Source: Andalucia godoyi And28 (taxonomy: Eukaryota; Protista; Jakobida). From it: a stretch of 64,000 nt of DNA. Below are positions 33,050 to 42,894 of the stretch, in pieces. Where the stretch lies: assembly GCA_009859145.1 (NCBI GenBank), contig VRVR01000012.1:248001-312000 (forward strand), in the 5' to 3' direction. Numbering within the stretch: position 1 is the stretch's first letter; the number at the start of each line of letters is the position of its first letter. The notes under the pieces are model-generated. The model worked only from the letters and a program-made list of their open reading frames with translations. It had not been told where the DNA came from and did not search any database. The position numbers and the translations under genes were made by a program.

Positions 33050-33469
33050 TCGAGTTTCCTGCAAAATGACGACAGAATGATTTCCAGGTCCAAGGAGACA
33101 GCCAAACTATCAACGACTATTTTGATAAACGAAACCAAAGGAATATGAAAATGAGAAAGAAAAAGAAAAACTCAATGTCTCCAACTCCTGCAACGATTCG
33201 CAGCTTCTTTTCTTTTTTTTTTTTTTCTTTCTTTGAGTGCTCCCGACAACGGAATTTTCTAAAGAACAAGCGTCAAGTTGACGCATCATGATTTTTTCCG
33301 AAACGGCAAAAACTCATTGATTGCCAAAACTCACCACCATTCGCCACTCTCACCAACAACAACCTGCAGAGCCAGGACTCTCTCCGGAGACAAAACATCC
33401 CTGATGCAAAACGGTCAAAACAGGTCGTTGCTTCCTAGATCCGAAAACAAAGTCACCATCGTCACGCAC

Positions 33470-34504
33470 ATGTCTCAAAAAACAGTTCTGGTCACTGGCG
33501 GGTCGGGCTTTATTGGATCCCATGTTGCTCTCGAATGCTCTTTGAAGAATTACCGCGTTGTGCTTGTGGATGAGAAGCAGCCACAGGTTTTTGAGTATTC
33601 GGCGTGGGACAATGTTCAGTTCGTGCAATGCAACATCTTGGACAAACAGGGATTGATGGAAGTGTTCCGCAGAGAAAGACCGGATGTCGTCGTGCATATG
33701 GCTGCGAAAATAGAAGTCGAAGAATCGCAGCGTGAACCTGCGAAATATTACGACCATAATGTGAATGGAACTCGTGTTCTTCTCGAGTGCATGCGTGAAA
33801 ACCAAGTGTCAAATATTGTGTTTTCATCCACTGCCGCAGTTTATGGAAATGTGCAACTTAGCACCGCGATTCCTGAAGAATATGCGGATGCAGTCATTCC
33901 AGTATCTGTTTATGGCAAGACGAAACGCTTCTGCGAGTTCATGATTTCGGATTATGTGAACGCGTATGGTTTCAAGGCAATCGTATTTCGGTATTTCAAC
34001 GCTGCTGGTGCGTCCCCAGCAAGAAATCTCGGTGAAAATCGAGAGCATGAAACTCATCTTATTCCGGTTGTCTTGGACAGATTGTTGAAGGGAAAACCGG
34101 TATTTATCTTTGGCAATCAATACGACACTCGCGATGGAACGTGTGTTCGTGATTATGTTCACGTTGCAGATCTTGCCAGAGCACATCGCATGGGAATCGA
34201 CATTCTACTTCAGCAAGAAGGTTCATTTTTCAAGACCATGAACCTTGGGTCTTCTGCCGGGATGACTGTCAAGGAAGTGCTAGACGAATGCATCCGTGTG
34301 AGTTCGGTTGCAGATCCGGTGATCAACATCTCCGGGCCTCGAGCAGGCGATGTAGGAGTTCTTGTTGCGGATTCTTCAGAAGCGAAGCGTTTCTTGGGAT
34401 GGGAAGCCGTGAAAACCGTGAAGGACATTGTTGAGGACACATGGATGTGGCTTGAAATTCTCGAGCGATGGCGGAAGCAATACGGCGTGTCTGTACATCA
34501 GTAA
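33470..34504 (+). CDS. galE: UDP-glucose 4-epimerase (GalE family, bacterial-type signature)
   Basis: LVTGGSGFIGSH, SSTAAVYG, YGKTK, RYFNAAGA, ETHLIP, DGTCVRDYVHVADLARAH. Confidence 0.85.
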   Translation: MSQKTVLVTGGSGFIGSHVALECSLKNYRVVLVDEKQPQVFEYSAWDNVQFVQCNILDKQGLMEVFRRERPDVVVHMAAKIEVEESQREPAKYYDHNVNGTRVLLECMRENQVSNIVFSSTAAVYGNVQLSTAIPEEYADAVIPVSVYGKTKRFCEFMISDYVNAYGFKAIVFRYFNAAGASPARNLGENREHETHLIPVVLDRLLKGKPVFIFGNQYDTRDGTCVRDYVHVADLARAHRMGIDILLQQEGSFFKTMNLGSSAGMTVKEVLDECIRVSSVADPVINISGPRAGDVGVLVADSSEAKRFLGWEAVKTVKDIVEDTWMWLEILERWRKQYGVSVHQ

Positions 34505-34524
34505 ATAGAATGTACATACTGCGT

Positions 34525-36156
34525 TCATATTCCAGTGCGGGATTCCTCCATCTCCGCAGCTGGTAAGTGCGCAGTGCGAGAATTCATGCGTATTATGGTT
34601 TTCAGCTCTCCGAGGCCAGTCAGACGGTCTCGAAAAGACACTCCTTCAAATCCATTTTCATCAAGGGTTGCCAAAATCGCTCCTCTCGTTCGAAAGTACT
34701 CGGTAGCTTCATGCGCGTCTACGGCAAGGACCGTAGAATGCGGCTCCAAAAGAAGAACCGCTTCTTCAATGCGCGATAACACAGCTTCGAATGCAAACGC
34801 TTCGTCGGATGTTCTTAGCCTGTGTCGTGGCCTCAGGATTGGTCGTCTGAGTACCTGTTGCTCTTGGGGCGGGATTTCCACCGTCATGTTGTACTGCAGG
34901 TCATCGAACACCGGTTGCCATCCTTTCACAAACTTGACACAAGCGTGGCCGTCAACAAAAAATGCTTTGAACAGCCCGAAGTAGTCGTACAACGAGATAT
35001 CAGCAGATCGCGCAGGGGGGGCGTACTGCATGGCCAACACGGGATCTCTTGCAAAAGGCAAGTGAATAAAAACGCAACCAGTGTTACGGATAACTACTGA
35101 GGAAGGCATATCTGACAGAGCATGAACAAGCTGCTCCTCGAAGTCTGGAGGGACACGCCAGAGCTTGGATGAGATAAAGAATTCGTAAGCTATTTGGACA
35201 ACGGAAAGCAGAGGTAGTGCTGCGCTTGGTGATGTAATTTTGGCGCTGAGTGAGAGAAACGTAAAAACATCGGCAGCCTGAATCGTCCTGCAGGTTTCCC
35301 CTGGTGCATCGACAATACTGTGTTCTTGAAGCGCAGGGCTTCTGGCGAGCGCAATCATTGGCTGAAACAGAGATTGCCCGAAGCCCTTGGAAAAAGACGG
35401 GACGGTGAGTGATAATGTTGACACTCCCGGTGCTACATTGACAAAATAGAGAGTTTCCGAAATGTTCCTCAAGCCAACCGCAGGGAGATTTTTTTTCAAT
35501 ACCCACTTTTCCTCTATCAACTTCTCCAGCACCGGCTTGACCGAGTATACTCGAATGTTAGGCCTATTGTGTCTTTTGCCAACCTCGATAAGAAGTGCAG
35601 AAAAAGTCCATGTTGGGCTGAACGAGATAACTTTGAACAAATCAGAGTCGGTAATCGTAAACGGATCTTGAAAATAGTATGAGTTTCTAGATGCATCATG
35701 ATGCATTTCCAGATTCTCTGGTGCAGTCCGAAACGCTTTCTGAAGTACTGGCAATAAGTCAACAATCCGAATCACATTCCCAATGCGAGAATATTCTGGA
35801 AATTTGGCTATCTCCTGCATAAGATTCAGCGTGGGAACTGCATTCTTTGGACCCTCGGCGCGAAGACTGACAAGCAAAGAGCGCAGTGTACTGGGGCTCA
35901 ATGACGGTATACGAACTGAAACAGGCACCGCCGTCGAAGCCTGCGATGCCGTGGGAACAGACGACGCAGAAAGTGGGGGCAGTGCCGAAGAAGACGACCA
36001 GGCACCCTGAGATGGATCACTGGTAAGCCCGCCCGGCACGAGTGCAGTTGGCCGATTTTCCATCAAACCGGGCTTCGCGAACTGCCCAGGACTCGCGACT
36101 GCATTCGCGGAAGCCGCAGACGACGGCAGTCCTCCTGTATTGTTCTGACCATTCAT
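34525..36156 (-). CDS. Hypothetical protein
   Basis: Long ORF with low-complexity N-terminus and globular composition; likely ATG at 36156; no family recognised. Confidence 0.65.
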   Translation of the reverse strand: MNGQNNTGGLPSSAASANAVASPGQFAKPGLMENRPTALVPGGLTSDPSQGAWSSSSALPPLSASSVPTASQASTAVPVSVRIPSLSPSTLRSLLVSLRAEGPKNAVPTLNLMQEIAKFPEYSRIGNVIRIVDLLPVLQKAFRTAPENLEMHHDASRNSYYFQDPFTITDSDLFKVISFSPTWTFSALLIEVGKRHNRPNIRVYSVKPVLEKLIEEKWVLKKNLPAVGLRNISETLYFVNVAPGVSTLSLTVPSFSKGFGQSLFQPMIALARSPALQEHSIVDAPGETCRTIQAADVFTFLSLSAKITSPSAALPLLSVVQIAYEFFISSKLWRVPPDFEEQLVHALSDMPSSVVIRNTGCVFIHLPFARDPVLAMQYAPPARSADISLYDYFGLFKAFFVDGHACVKFVKGWQPVFDDLQYNMTVEIPPQEQQVLRRPILRPRHRLRTSDEAFAFEAVLSRIEEAVLLLEPHSTVLAVDAHEATEYFRTRGAILATLDENGFEGVSFRDRLTGLGELKTIIRMNSRTAHLPAAEMEESRTGI

Positions 36157-36446
36157 GCCACCACAGGAGACAGTGCACTGTCGGTACTCTCCTTGCCGCA
36201 AGACGATTTTGCCATGCAGCATATAAAATTAGGGCCGCTCTTGGCATTGACAATTAGCAGCGAGCTCTTGCAGTGTCCACTTGAGGGGTGAAGGCGGGTT
36301 GATGCTGAAAAAAAATCGACAAAACGAGAGGTTTCGCCTCGCCGAAAAGAAATGCATATCACGACTCAGAAAGACGAAACGAGAAGGAAGCAGCGCCGTT
36401 TCGACCATTCATCATATAGAAGAAATACGCGGTTGAAATTTGAGGA

Positions 36447-36788
36447 ATGGTGTTGTCGCTGAAACTTCTTGTCCGACTGCCTGAGGATTCGTTGAACGTT
36501 AACTTTGGGCTGTTTCTGTCGCGCGTTGTTCCGTACCTAGTTCGGAACGGCAAGTCTGGAGCTGTGCAAGTGGAAAAGGTTTCCAGACCATTTGAGAGAT
36601 ATCCTGGTGTCGTTTACCAGTGGGAAACGTTGACGGGTGCCTGTTCTGAACCGCAATTTGTGGATGTCGCCAAGATATCTCCTCAAGAGTCTTACCGTTT
36701 GTTTAAGGACATGCTGGCAGAAAAGCAGGTGTGGGATGTTGAAAATGAAAGTGTTCCTCTAGCACCAGAAGAACACGACAAAAAATAA
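36447..36788 (+). CDS. Small hypothetical protein (113 aa)
   Basis: ATG-initiated ORF filling the gap between divergent and convergent genes; protein-like composition; no family recognised. Confidence 0.5.
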   Translation: MVLSLKLLVRLPEDSLNVNFGLFLSRVVPYLVRNGKSGAVQVEKVSRPFERYPGVVYQWETLTGACSEPQFVDVAKISPQESYRLFKDMLAEKQVWDVENESVPLAPEEHDKK

Positions 36789-36861
36789 TGTCGGTTTCGA
36801 TTTATGGCGATCACCTTTTGCAAAGAGGAAGTTGTTCGACAAGCTTGAACGGAACGGGAGA

Positions 36862-36937
36862 GAATCACCCTTTTCCTTGTCAGAAAGCGAGGGAGGTCTG
36901 TGCCCTTTTCTCTCGCAATCGTCATGAGAATGGATTC
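36862..36937 (-). promoter_or_regulatory. Eukaryotic SECIS element in the 3' UTR of the DsbA gene
   Basis: Minus strand gaatccattctc-AUGAC-GAUUGCGAG-AGAAAA-GGGCACAGACCUCC-CUCGCUUUC-UGAC-aaggaaaagggugauuc: AUGAN/NGAN core, 9-bp helix II (with two U.U), unpaired A run, apical ministem. Confidence 0.8.
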
Positions 36938-37087
36938 AATGTCTTATCGAACGAAGAATTCCTTCTTTTTTTCCCTTTCTTTCTTTCCTTCCTTTTTTCC
37001 CTTTCTTTTCCAGGAAAGTCAATAATAATAAGAAGAATAAGAATAATCTCACAGAAAGAAGCATAGTGACAGGCAGCGCATGGTTTG

Positions 37088-37738
37088 CTATTGGTCATCC
37101 TCGATTTGCTCAAAAACGCTCAGAAACACACGTTCTGGCTGCGCTCCACTTAACATGTATTTTTCATTAAACACAAATGAAGGGACACCAGAAACCCTGT
37201 ACCTCATTTTAGACATCTTATCCAATTCAAAAACATGCACCTTGAGCCCATCATCTGCAAGAGCCGCCAGAACAGCGTCCGCGGAAATTCCTATTTCTGC
37301 GCCACACTTCACCAATACATCTTCGGTGGATATATCTTCTCCACGACCAAAATAAGCTTGGAATAAACGTTCTTGAAGCTCATTCTGTTTCGAAATGGAG
37401 TGGTTCCTCAAGACATATTCAGAAAGCTGGTGCGCACGAACAGTGGACGGGATCCTGGGACAAAAGTTGAACATAACTCCGGCTGCCTTTCCAGCGTCAA
37501 TCAGCCGAGACTCTATCTTTTTCCAAGCAGACAGATCAGACCCGAATTTGTTTCGGATGTAAGTATCGCGGTCCGTCCCATCGGAAGGCATTTGAGGGTT
37601 GAGCATGAACGGCATCCACCGAACTTCAAGTGTGAACCGATCGGAAACCAGCTTCAGTGCATTCTCGAGATGTCGCTTCCCAACCCAGCACCAAGGTCAG
37701 GCGATGTCACTGATGACCGTAACAGAGACTTTAATCAT
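37088..37738 (-). CDS. FrnE/DsbA-family thiol-disulfide oxidoreductase selenoprotein (UxxC; Sec TGA at 37699-37697); 216 aa
   Basis: ATG 37738: MIKVSVTVISDIA-TGA-PWCWVGKRHLENAL...RWMPFMLNP...VSGVPSFVFNEKYMLSGAQP. TGA aligns to the first Cys of the FrnE CPWC motif; true stop is TAG; SECIS lies downstream. Confidence 0.9.
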
Positions 37739-37899
37739 CGCCAATAAGATGAGATATGTTGAATAAGGGGAAAAAACAAAGGGAAAAAAAGATGAAGACG
37801 AAGAATCACGAGTGTGCCCAGCAAGTTGGGTGCCGCTGGATAATAACACGTCATTGTCGTGTGAACGGAAGGAAGTATACATAACCAGACACGGTCGAC

Positions 37900-38422
37900 A
37901 CTGGCCGACACTAGCACCGTTTGTTTCACAGGGAATTCGTGCTTACGCACGCTCGGCCAAAATTCAGCCGGTGACACAGGCTCCGCATTTTCGACACTCT
38001 TTAACGCAGCATCCATAGCCATCTATTCTGTCATTCGTTGATTTCACTTTTTTGGTTTCGCTCTTTTATTCAAATATTTCAAATAAGGGTGTGAGTGCGC
38101 TGAGATGACGCATTCGCCTACGCCTACGCGGCTCGATACAGGGCCTCCTAGGTCCCGCAGACCTCCTAAGAGACCACCTCTTCCTCTCGTGTCTCCAGAG
38201 GACACGAAAGTGCCTGCTGCCAGGGCCGTCAGAATCAAAAAATGCACGCTTCTCAGGAACAACGTGGCACGCTGAGAAAGTGGCTCACCGATTGATCGAG
38301 ATTGGGAACGGAGCGCGGAACATTTATCTGAAGAGCGCCGTGAGGCGTGTTGGGGCCCTATCCCCTTCTCGGCAACCGGATGCAAGACTGAAATATGCAT
38401 GTTCGGTGCATAATGTAGGTGG
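37900..38422 (-). repeat. Degenerate dispersed repeat, family 1, copy B
   Basis: Two collinear blocks homologous to 161-228 and 338-477, in inverted orientation. Confidence 0.8.
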
Positions 38423-38647
38423 GTTCCTCAATTGATACTTCATTCCGTTTTCCCTTTTCCGCATTGCTATTATTTTTTCATTATGATTTTTTTTCGCAAT
38501 CTTTTTTTTCGTGTCCTTCTAAACTGAGAAAAGGTCTCTCTCATCCAATCTGCAATTTGTTCATGACTCGTGCAAAAGGCATGAGTTATCTTGTGACGGA
38601 GGTTATTGTTTTTGAGAGGGACATAGACACGTAGACAGAGTTGATCC

Positions 38648-39922
38648 ATGATTTTTCATGGATTAAAGAAGAAGGAAAATGCGTCAGTTCCAAAGGGGCT
38701 GTATATGTTTGAAAGTGCGGAATTGGCAGTCGCCGAACGGTGGTCGCATGCAAAGAAACCGAAGCTGCAAAGCACTGAGAATTCTCGAGAGCCAGCGAAA
38801 TCAGAATGGACGGATACAGCACTTCCACTTTCCAATCTTTGCCTTGGGAAGGAATCATCGTTTCGAAGGCCCTGGAAAATCCCATCGCTTATTGGCCTGT
38901 TTCCGTTCTACCGTTTTTCCATATCCGCCGGTATTCCCACGACGGTAGCCCCGGATGATCACGAGCAACGTCTTTTTCATGAGAAGAAGCTGTACAAACT
39001 GCTGTTTGAGGTGTCTGAAAGGTTGGTCCGAGATCATGTGTCACAGGTGGTGAGGAAGTGTGTTGATGAGTGTCGGCAACCGAAAGTCCATCCTGGTTGT
39101 CTATCTTCTTTGACAAACTTGTCTGAATCTTCGTTTCTGTCGAATTTGCTGAGCTTTTCTCGCCTTTTGTGTCCGGAGCTTTCAATCGAGTTTACGATTC
39201 ATGCGAAACGTGATGTGGAGTTCGCGTTCGGTCGCGGCGACCCCGCTTGCATCGTGGTTGAAACGAATGCTTCAGCCGAAATCTGCAAACGTGATTTTGC
39301 AACTGTGAAGTCTTGCAATTGGTTAAATGATGAGATGGTCAACGGATTCATGAACGCCCTTGCAGTCACCTTCTCACCTCATAGATTCATGTATTTTAAT
39401 ACGTTTTTCGGTGCGAAATTGCTGGACAAAGGAAAATATGACTATTCAAACGTGGCATCTTGGACGAGGAGACTTTCTCGAAAGGTGCATCGTACAGATA
39501 TTGATAATGTTTTTCAGTTGAGACGTCTTTTTGTCCCTTTGCATGAAGCTGATCGGGCCCATTGGACGTTGGCCGTCATTGATCTGGAGAAAGAAAAGTT
39601 CGTCTACATGGATTCTCTTGCATCATCCCGGTTTCCTCGAATGCTTGTTGCCCTAAGGCAATGGCTGAAGGATGAGTATTCCTCAAAGTCCCCGGGCCGT
39701 GTCTTCTCGAATGCTATCGAGTCCTGGCCGATGACCAGGTTGATCGAACGCCCCATCCAGCACAACGCTTACGATTGTGGAGCGTTCACTTGCTATATGG
39801 CGCTTGTCATGTCTGGTGATTCTGATTTGTCTGTAATTGCTCAAAAATGGATGTCAGATTTTCGTGTTTTTATTGCTGCGTGCATATTGTCTGTTGGCGT
39901 CACGCGAAGAGGCAACAGGTGA
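38648..39922 (+). CDS. Ulp1/SENP-family SUMO protease (peptidase C48)
   Basis: WLNDEMVN, FNTFF, FVPLH...HWTLAVID (His), YMDSL (Asp), QHNAYDCGAF (Gln/Cys). Confidence 0.9.
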   Translation: MIFHGLKKKENASVPKGLYMFESAELAVAERWSHAKKPKLQSTENSREPAKSEWTDTALPLSNLCLGKESSFRRPWKIPSLIGLFPFYRFSISAGIPTTVAPDDHEQRLFHEKKLYKLLFEVSERLVRDHVSQVVRKCVDECRQPKVHPGCLSSLTNLSESSFLSNLLSFSRLLCPELSIEFTIHAKRDVEFAFGRGDPACIVVETNASAEICKRDFATVKSCNWLNDEMVNGFMNALAVTFSPHRFMYFNTFFGAKLLDKGKYDYSNVASWTRRLSRKVHRTDIDNVFQLRRLFVPLHEADRAHWTLAVIDLEKEKFVYMDSLASSRFPRMLVALRQWLKDEYSSKSPGRVFSNAIESWPMTRLIERPIQHNAYDCGAFTCYMALVMSGDSDLSVIAQKWMSDFRVFIAACILSVGVTRRGNR

Positions 39923-40299
39923 GGCAATCGCGTTCTTTCCGCTGATCCAACAGTGCTGTAATCGGGCACTTCTCCCAATTTGGCGCGATTTTTGCAACAG
40001 GGAGGGGAGGCCCTCGCGCCGCAAAAGAAGGGAGTTATTTTGTTTGGACATGATTGACAAACAGGTTCAAGTTTTTTTGCCACTGTCTGGTTCCAGTAAC
40101 GACACTTCAAGACTCCCCTTGTGTGTGTGTGTGCGTGTATGGTTTTGTGTGATCTGGTTTGATCAACGGAGGCACGTCTCCTTGATTTCTTGAATACACA
40201 GCAACTGGAACTTGAGTGTGGCTTCATTTCGAATTTTATAAAATCTATTCGTTTTTTTGTGTGTGTGTTTTTTTGAGGGTCAGTTTAATAATACTACGG

Positions 40300-42561
40300 A
40301 TGGATCTCAAGGAGCTTCTTGCTAAATGCAACGCCACTTCTGTTGAACGGGCTTTGGATGCAGAAGATTTAAAGAGGTGTACAAATAACCTGGAGGACAT
40401 TCCTGTTCGTGAGCTGGAAAGACGATTGAGTGCTGCGGTCCACTCTTGGCCACAGGTGCATAGAGTTCGCAAGCCTTCTTCGGAGCTGGAAGACGAACAG
40501 CATTTTGCATATTACACAGACCGTGATCGTCCTGGCATGTCTGACTCAACTACATCAAACGAAAGTTCCACAGAGGGACACAGCTCTCCAGGCGACAGTC
40601 GGATTACTCCACCACCCTCTGATTCATCCTCTTCGTCTCACATACATTCGGGCATTCAATCGACACCGCCAGGAGCAACTCAATTGTCGGAGACCCAAAG
40701 CCAAAGTCATCTGCATTCACAGGCCCAGCTCCTACTACAGCCACAGTTGCAGCAGCAGCAACAACAACTGCAGCGTATCACCAACGCAGGGGACACAGAG
40801 TCAGAGAAACCAGTGAAAATTCGAAAACCAATTTCCAGCCCTGCCGTTCCTGTTCCGATGAATTCCGCCATAATTGGCGTTGCACCGTCGCCTTCTCCGC
40901 TACTACCGTCTGGACAGTTTTCTTCCAAACTTGTCCCAGTTCTTGGACCTGTTGGACAGTCCGGAAATATGGCGGCTCTGGATTCCAAAGCAAGTCTAGC
41001 ACAAGTGCCGATCCAGGACATTGTGGATGCACTACATGCACTCTGTGCGCAATCTCCAGACACGGCAGTGCCCATTGAGAACATTGTGGTTTGTTTGAGA
41101 GACAGAATGAGGCGCATTCCAGGCACTGTGAATCGGGAGTCGCTACTTCGAACCCTGTTTGAAGCAGAACAAATCGGAAAGACTCGAGAAGCAGCCTCCC
41201 GTTTTTGGGCGAATCCGAAATCACTCGCCGCTCAGGCTTCCCCGCTGATCCCTATTTCTCGCTCAGCAAATGGAAACGGTCCCTGGAGGCTTTCCGAAGG
41301 AGGTTCGGCCGGAAACCTCTCCGGTTCTTCGGGATCCCACTGTAAGCCGGACAGTTCCGACCAAGTATCAAGCCTGGAACGGCTTTCCGTCCAATCTTTG
41401 CCAGGAACTTCAAGTTATCCCACCTCCATTTCATCTTCTCAATTGCTGCGTTCCGATCAAAGCAAACCCACTTCGTCAAGTACCGCCAACATGAGTACCC
41501 CCACCACCACCAGCTTTCCAGGGTCAAGCTTTGGAGGCGTGCTACAATCTGAACACACGTGGTCTGTTCCTGGGCTGCCGCTTCTGAAACATTTCGTCGT
41601 CCTGTCCAAGACGGGGCGGATATCGTATCATCCTTGGAGAGCGTCAGCTTCACAGTCGAATCCCGAGGACTCGGAATGGTACAAGACTTCGGTGTACACC
41701 CTCAGTGCACGAATCGAATTTTCGGCTTCTCCGTTTTCAGTGATTCCTGGTGCATCCCCGGGTTCAGTGCTCGCAGCCGACGTGTTTCTCGTTCACGCAC
41801 ATGACTTCACCATTGTGGACGACGGTTTGTCTTTCCACAAGGAGGGCCCTTTTGTTTTTGTGCAAAGAAGTCCAGAAATCTTTACTGGCGAACTGGGGCC
41901 GCTTTCCCCTGCCAAATTTTCGTTTCGGCATAATTACAAAGATGGAGAGCATCCACGATTTCGTCTTTGCCTTCAGTTCAAGGCACAGGGGCTGGTAAAT
42001 GGTGGAGACGTCCAGCCTGCAGAATGGACCTGTTTTTCGCCTCCTTTCCTGGTAAAGAGTAAGAAACCCAAGCGAGATTCGTCGGGTTCTGGAGACTCGC
42101 CTGTTCTCTCCGGTGCACAGTTTTCCGTTGCTGCAGTTTCCGGTGTTCCGCATTTGAAAATGCCTGTTGCCAGAGTCAACGGCGGAGAGCAAAAAAGACC
42201 AACTGACGACGGTGAAGAAGGTGCAGAAGATCCACCAGAGGATCGTGAGGATGACGAGGAAGGCATCAGCGAAAAGGGACTAGCCCTGACAAAGGTTGTG
42301 CAACCGGAGGCAAAGCGACCACGATCCTCTCTTATCCTTCCAAAAAATGGTTCTTTTTCTGGACCATCTTCGCTAGGAGACCCTGGAACGTCAAACTTCT
42401 TTGGATTTGGAAACGTCCAAATCCCAGTCCCAATGAACGAAACCTCCTCTTCGGGCTTCGTTACTCCCGGACAAACCCAGTCGCAGGCGCAGCAAACTCA
42501 AGGCTTTGTTAGATTCGAAGGTCGACGAAACTCCGGAATGCGAGACGCGCCGACTACATAA
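40300..42561 (+). CDS. Putative transcription factor with C-terminal p53/NDT80/CudA-like Ig-fold domain
   Basis: Q/S/P-rich regions, a helical module, then ELGPLSPAKFSFRHN...FRLCLQF...FSPPFLVKSKKPKR (strand pattern plus S.PF.V.S motif plus basic NLS). Confidence 0.6.
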   Translation: MDLKELLAKCNATSVERALDAEDLKRCTNNLEDIPVRELERRLSAAVHSWPQVHRVRKPSSELEDEQHFAYYTDRDRPGMSDSTTSNESSTEGHSSPGDSRITPPPSDSSSSSHIHSGIQSTPPGATQLSETQSQSHLHSQAQLLLQPQLQQQQQQLQRITNAGDTESEKPVKIRKPISSPAVPVPMNSAIIGVAPSPSPLLPSGQFSSKLVPVLGPVGQSGNMAALDSKASLAQVPIQDIVDALHALCAQSPDTAVPIENIVVCLRDRMRRIPGTVNRESLLRTLFEAEQIGKTREAASRFWANPKSLAAQASPLIPISRSANGNGPWRLSEGGSAGNLSGSSGSHCKPDSSDQVSSLERLSVQSLPGTSSYPTSISSSQLLRSDQSKPTSSSTANMSTPTTTSFPGSSFGGVLQSEHTWSVPGLPLLKHFVVLSKTGRISYHPWRASASQSNPEDSEWYKTSVYTLSARIEFSASPFSVIPGASPGSVLAADVFLVHAHDFTIVDDGLSFHKEGPFVFVQRSPEIFTGELGPLSPAKFSFRHNYKDGEHPRFRLCLQFKAQGLVNGGDVQPAEWTCFSPPFLVKSKKPKRDSSGSGDSPVLSGAQFSVAAVSGVPHLKMPVARVNGGEQKRPTDDGEEGAEDPPEDREDDEEGISEKGLALTKVVQPEAKRPRSSLILPKNGSFSGPSSLGDPGTSNFFGFGNVQIPVPMNETSSSGFVTPGQTQSQAQQTQGFVRFEGRRNSGMRDAPTT

Positions 42562-42822
42562 CCCACATTTTCGATCCTCGGAACGATGTGATCCCATGTC
42601 TTGCAGTTTGCTACTTCTGACGTACGCTTCATGGATATGATTGAGCTGCGAGCTTGCAAAAGGTAACGATTATTTTGTAAATTTCATTTTATTACCAACT
42701 GCCGTCATCTGACATTCCTTGATGCACAGCGTCTTGATTTCAGAGACATGCTTCCTCTAACACAACAAAAAAAGTGTCAGATCTTCATAACAAAATAAAA
42801 AAGGAAGAGGAAAAAATTCACA

Positions 42823-42894
42823 AGGGCTGAGGCGGAATTGAACCACCGACCTCTTGATCTGCAGTCAAATGCTCTACCACTGAGCTACCAGCCC
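42823..42894 (-). tRNA. tRNA-Cys (GCA)
   Basis: GGGCTGGTAGCTCAGTGGTAGAGCATTTGACTGCAGATCAAGAGGTCGGTGGTTCAATTCCGCCTCAGCCCT; cloverleaf, anticodon GCA, discriminator U. Confidence 0.95.

Noticed and set aside
38648-39922. Ulp1 protease as cargo of the adjacent repeat/transposon
   Set aside because: No transposase, TIRs or TSD around it; it looks like an intact host SENP gene.
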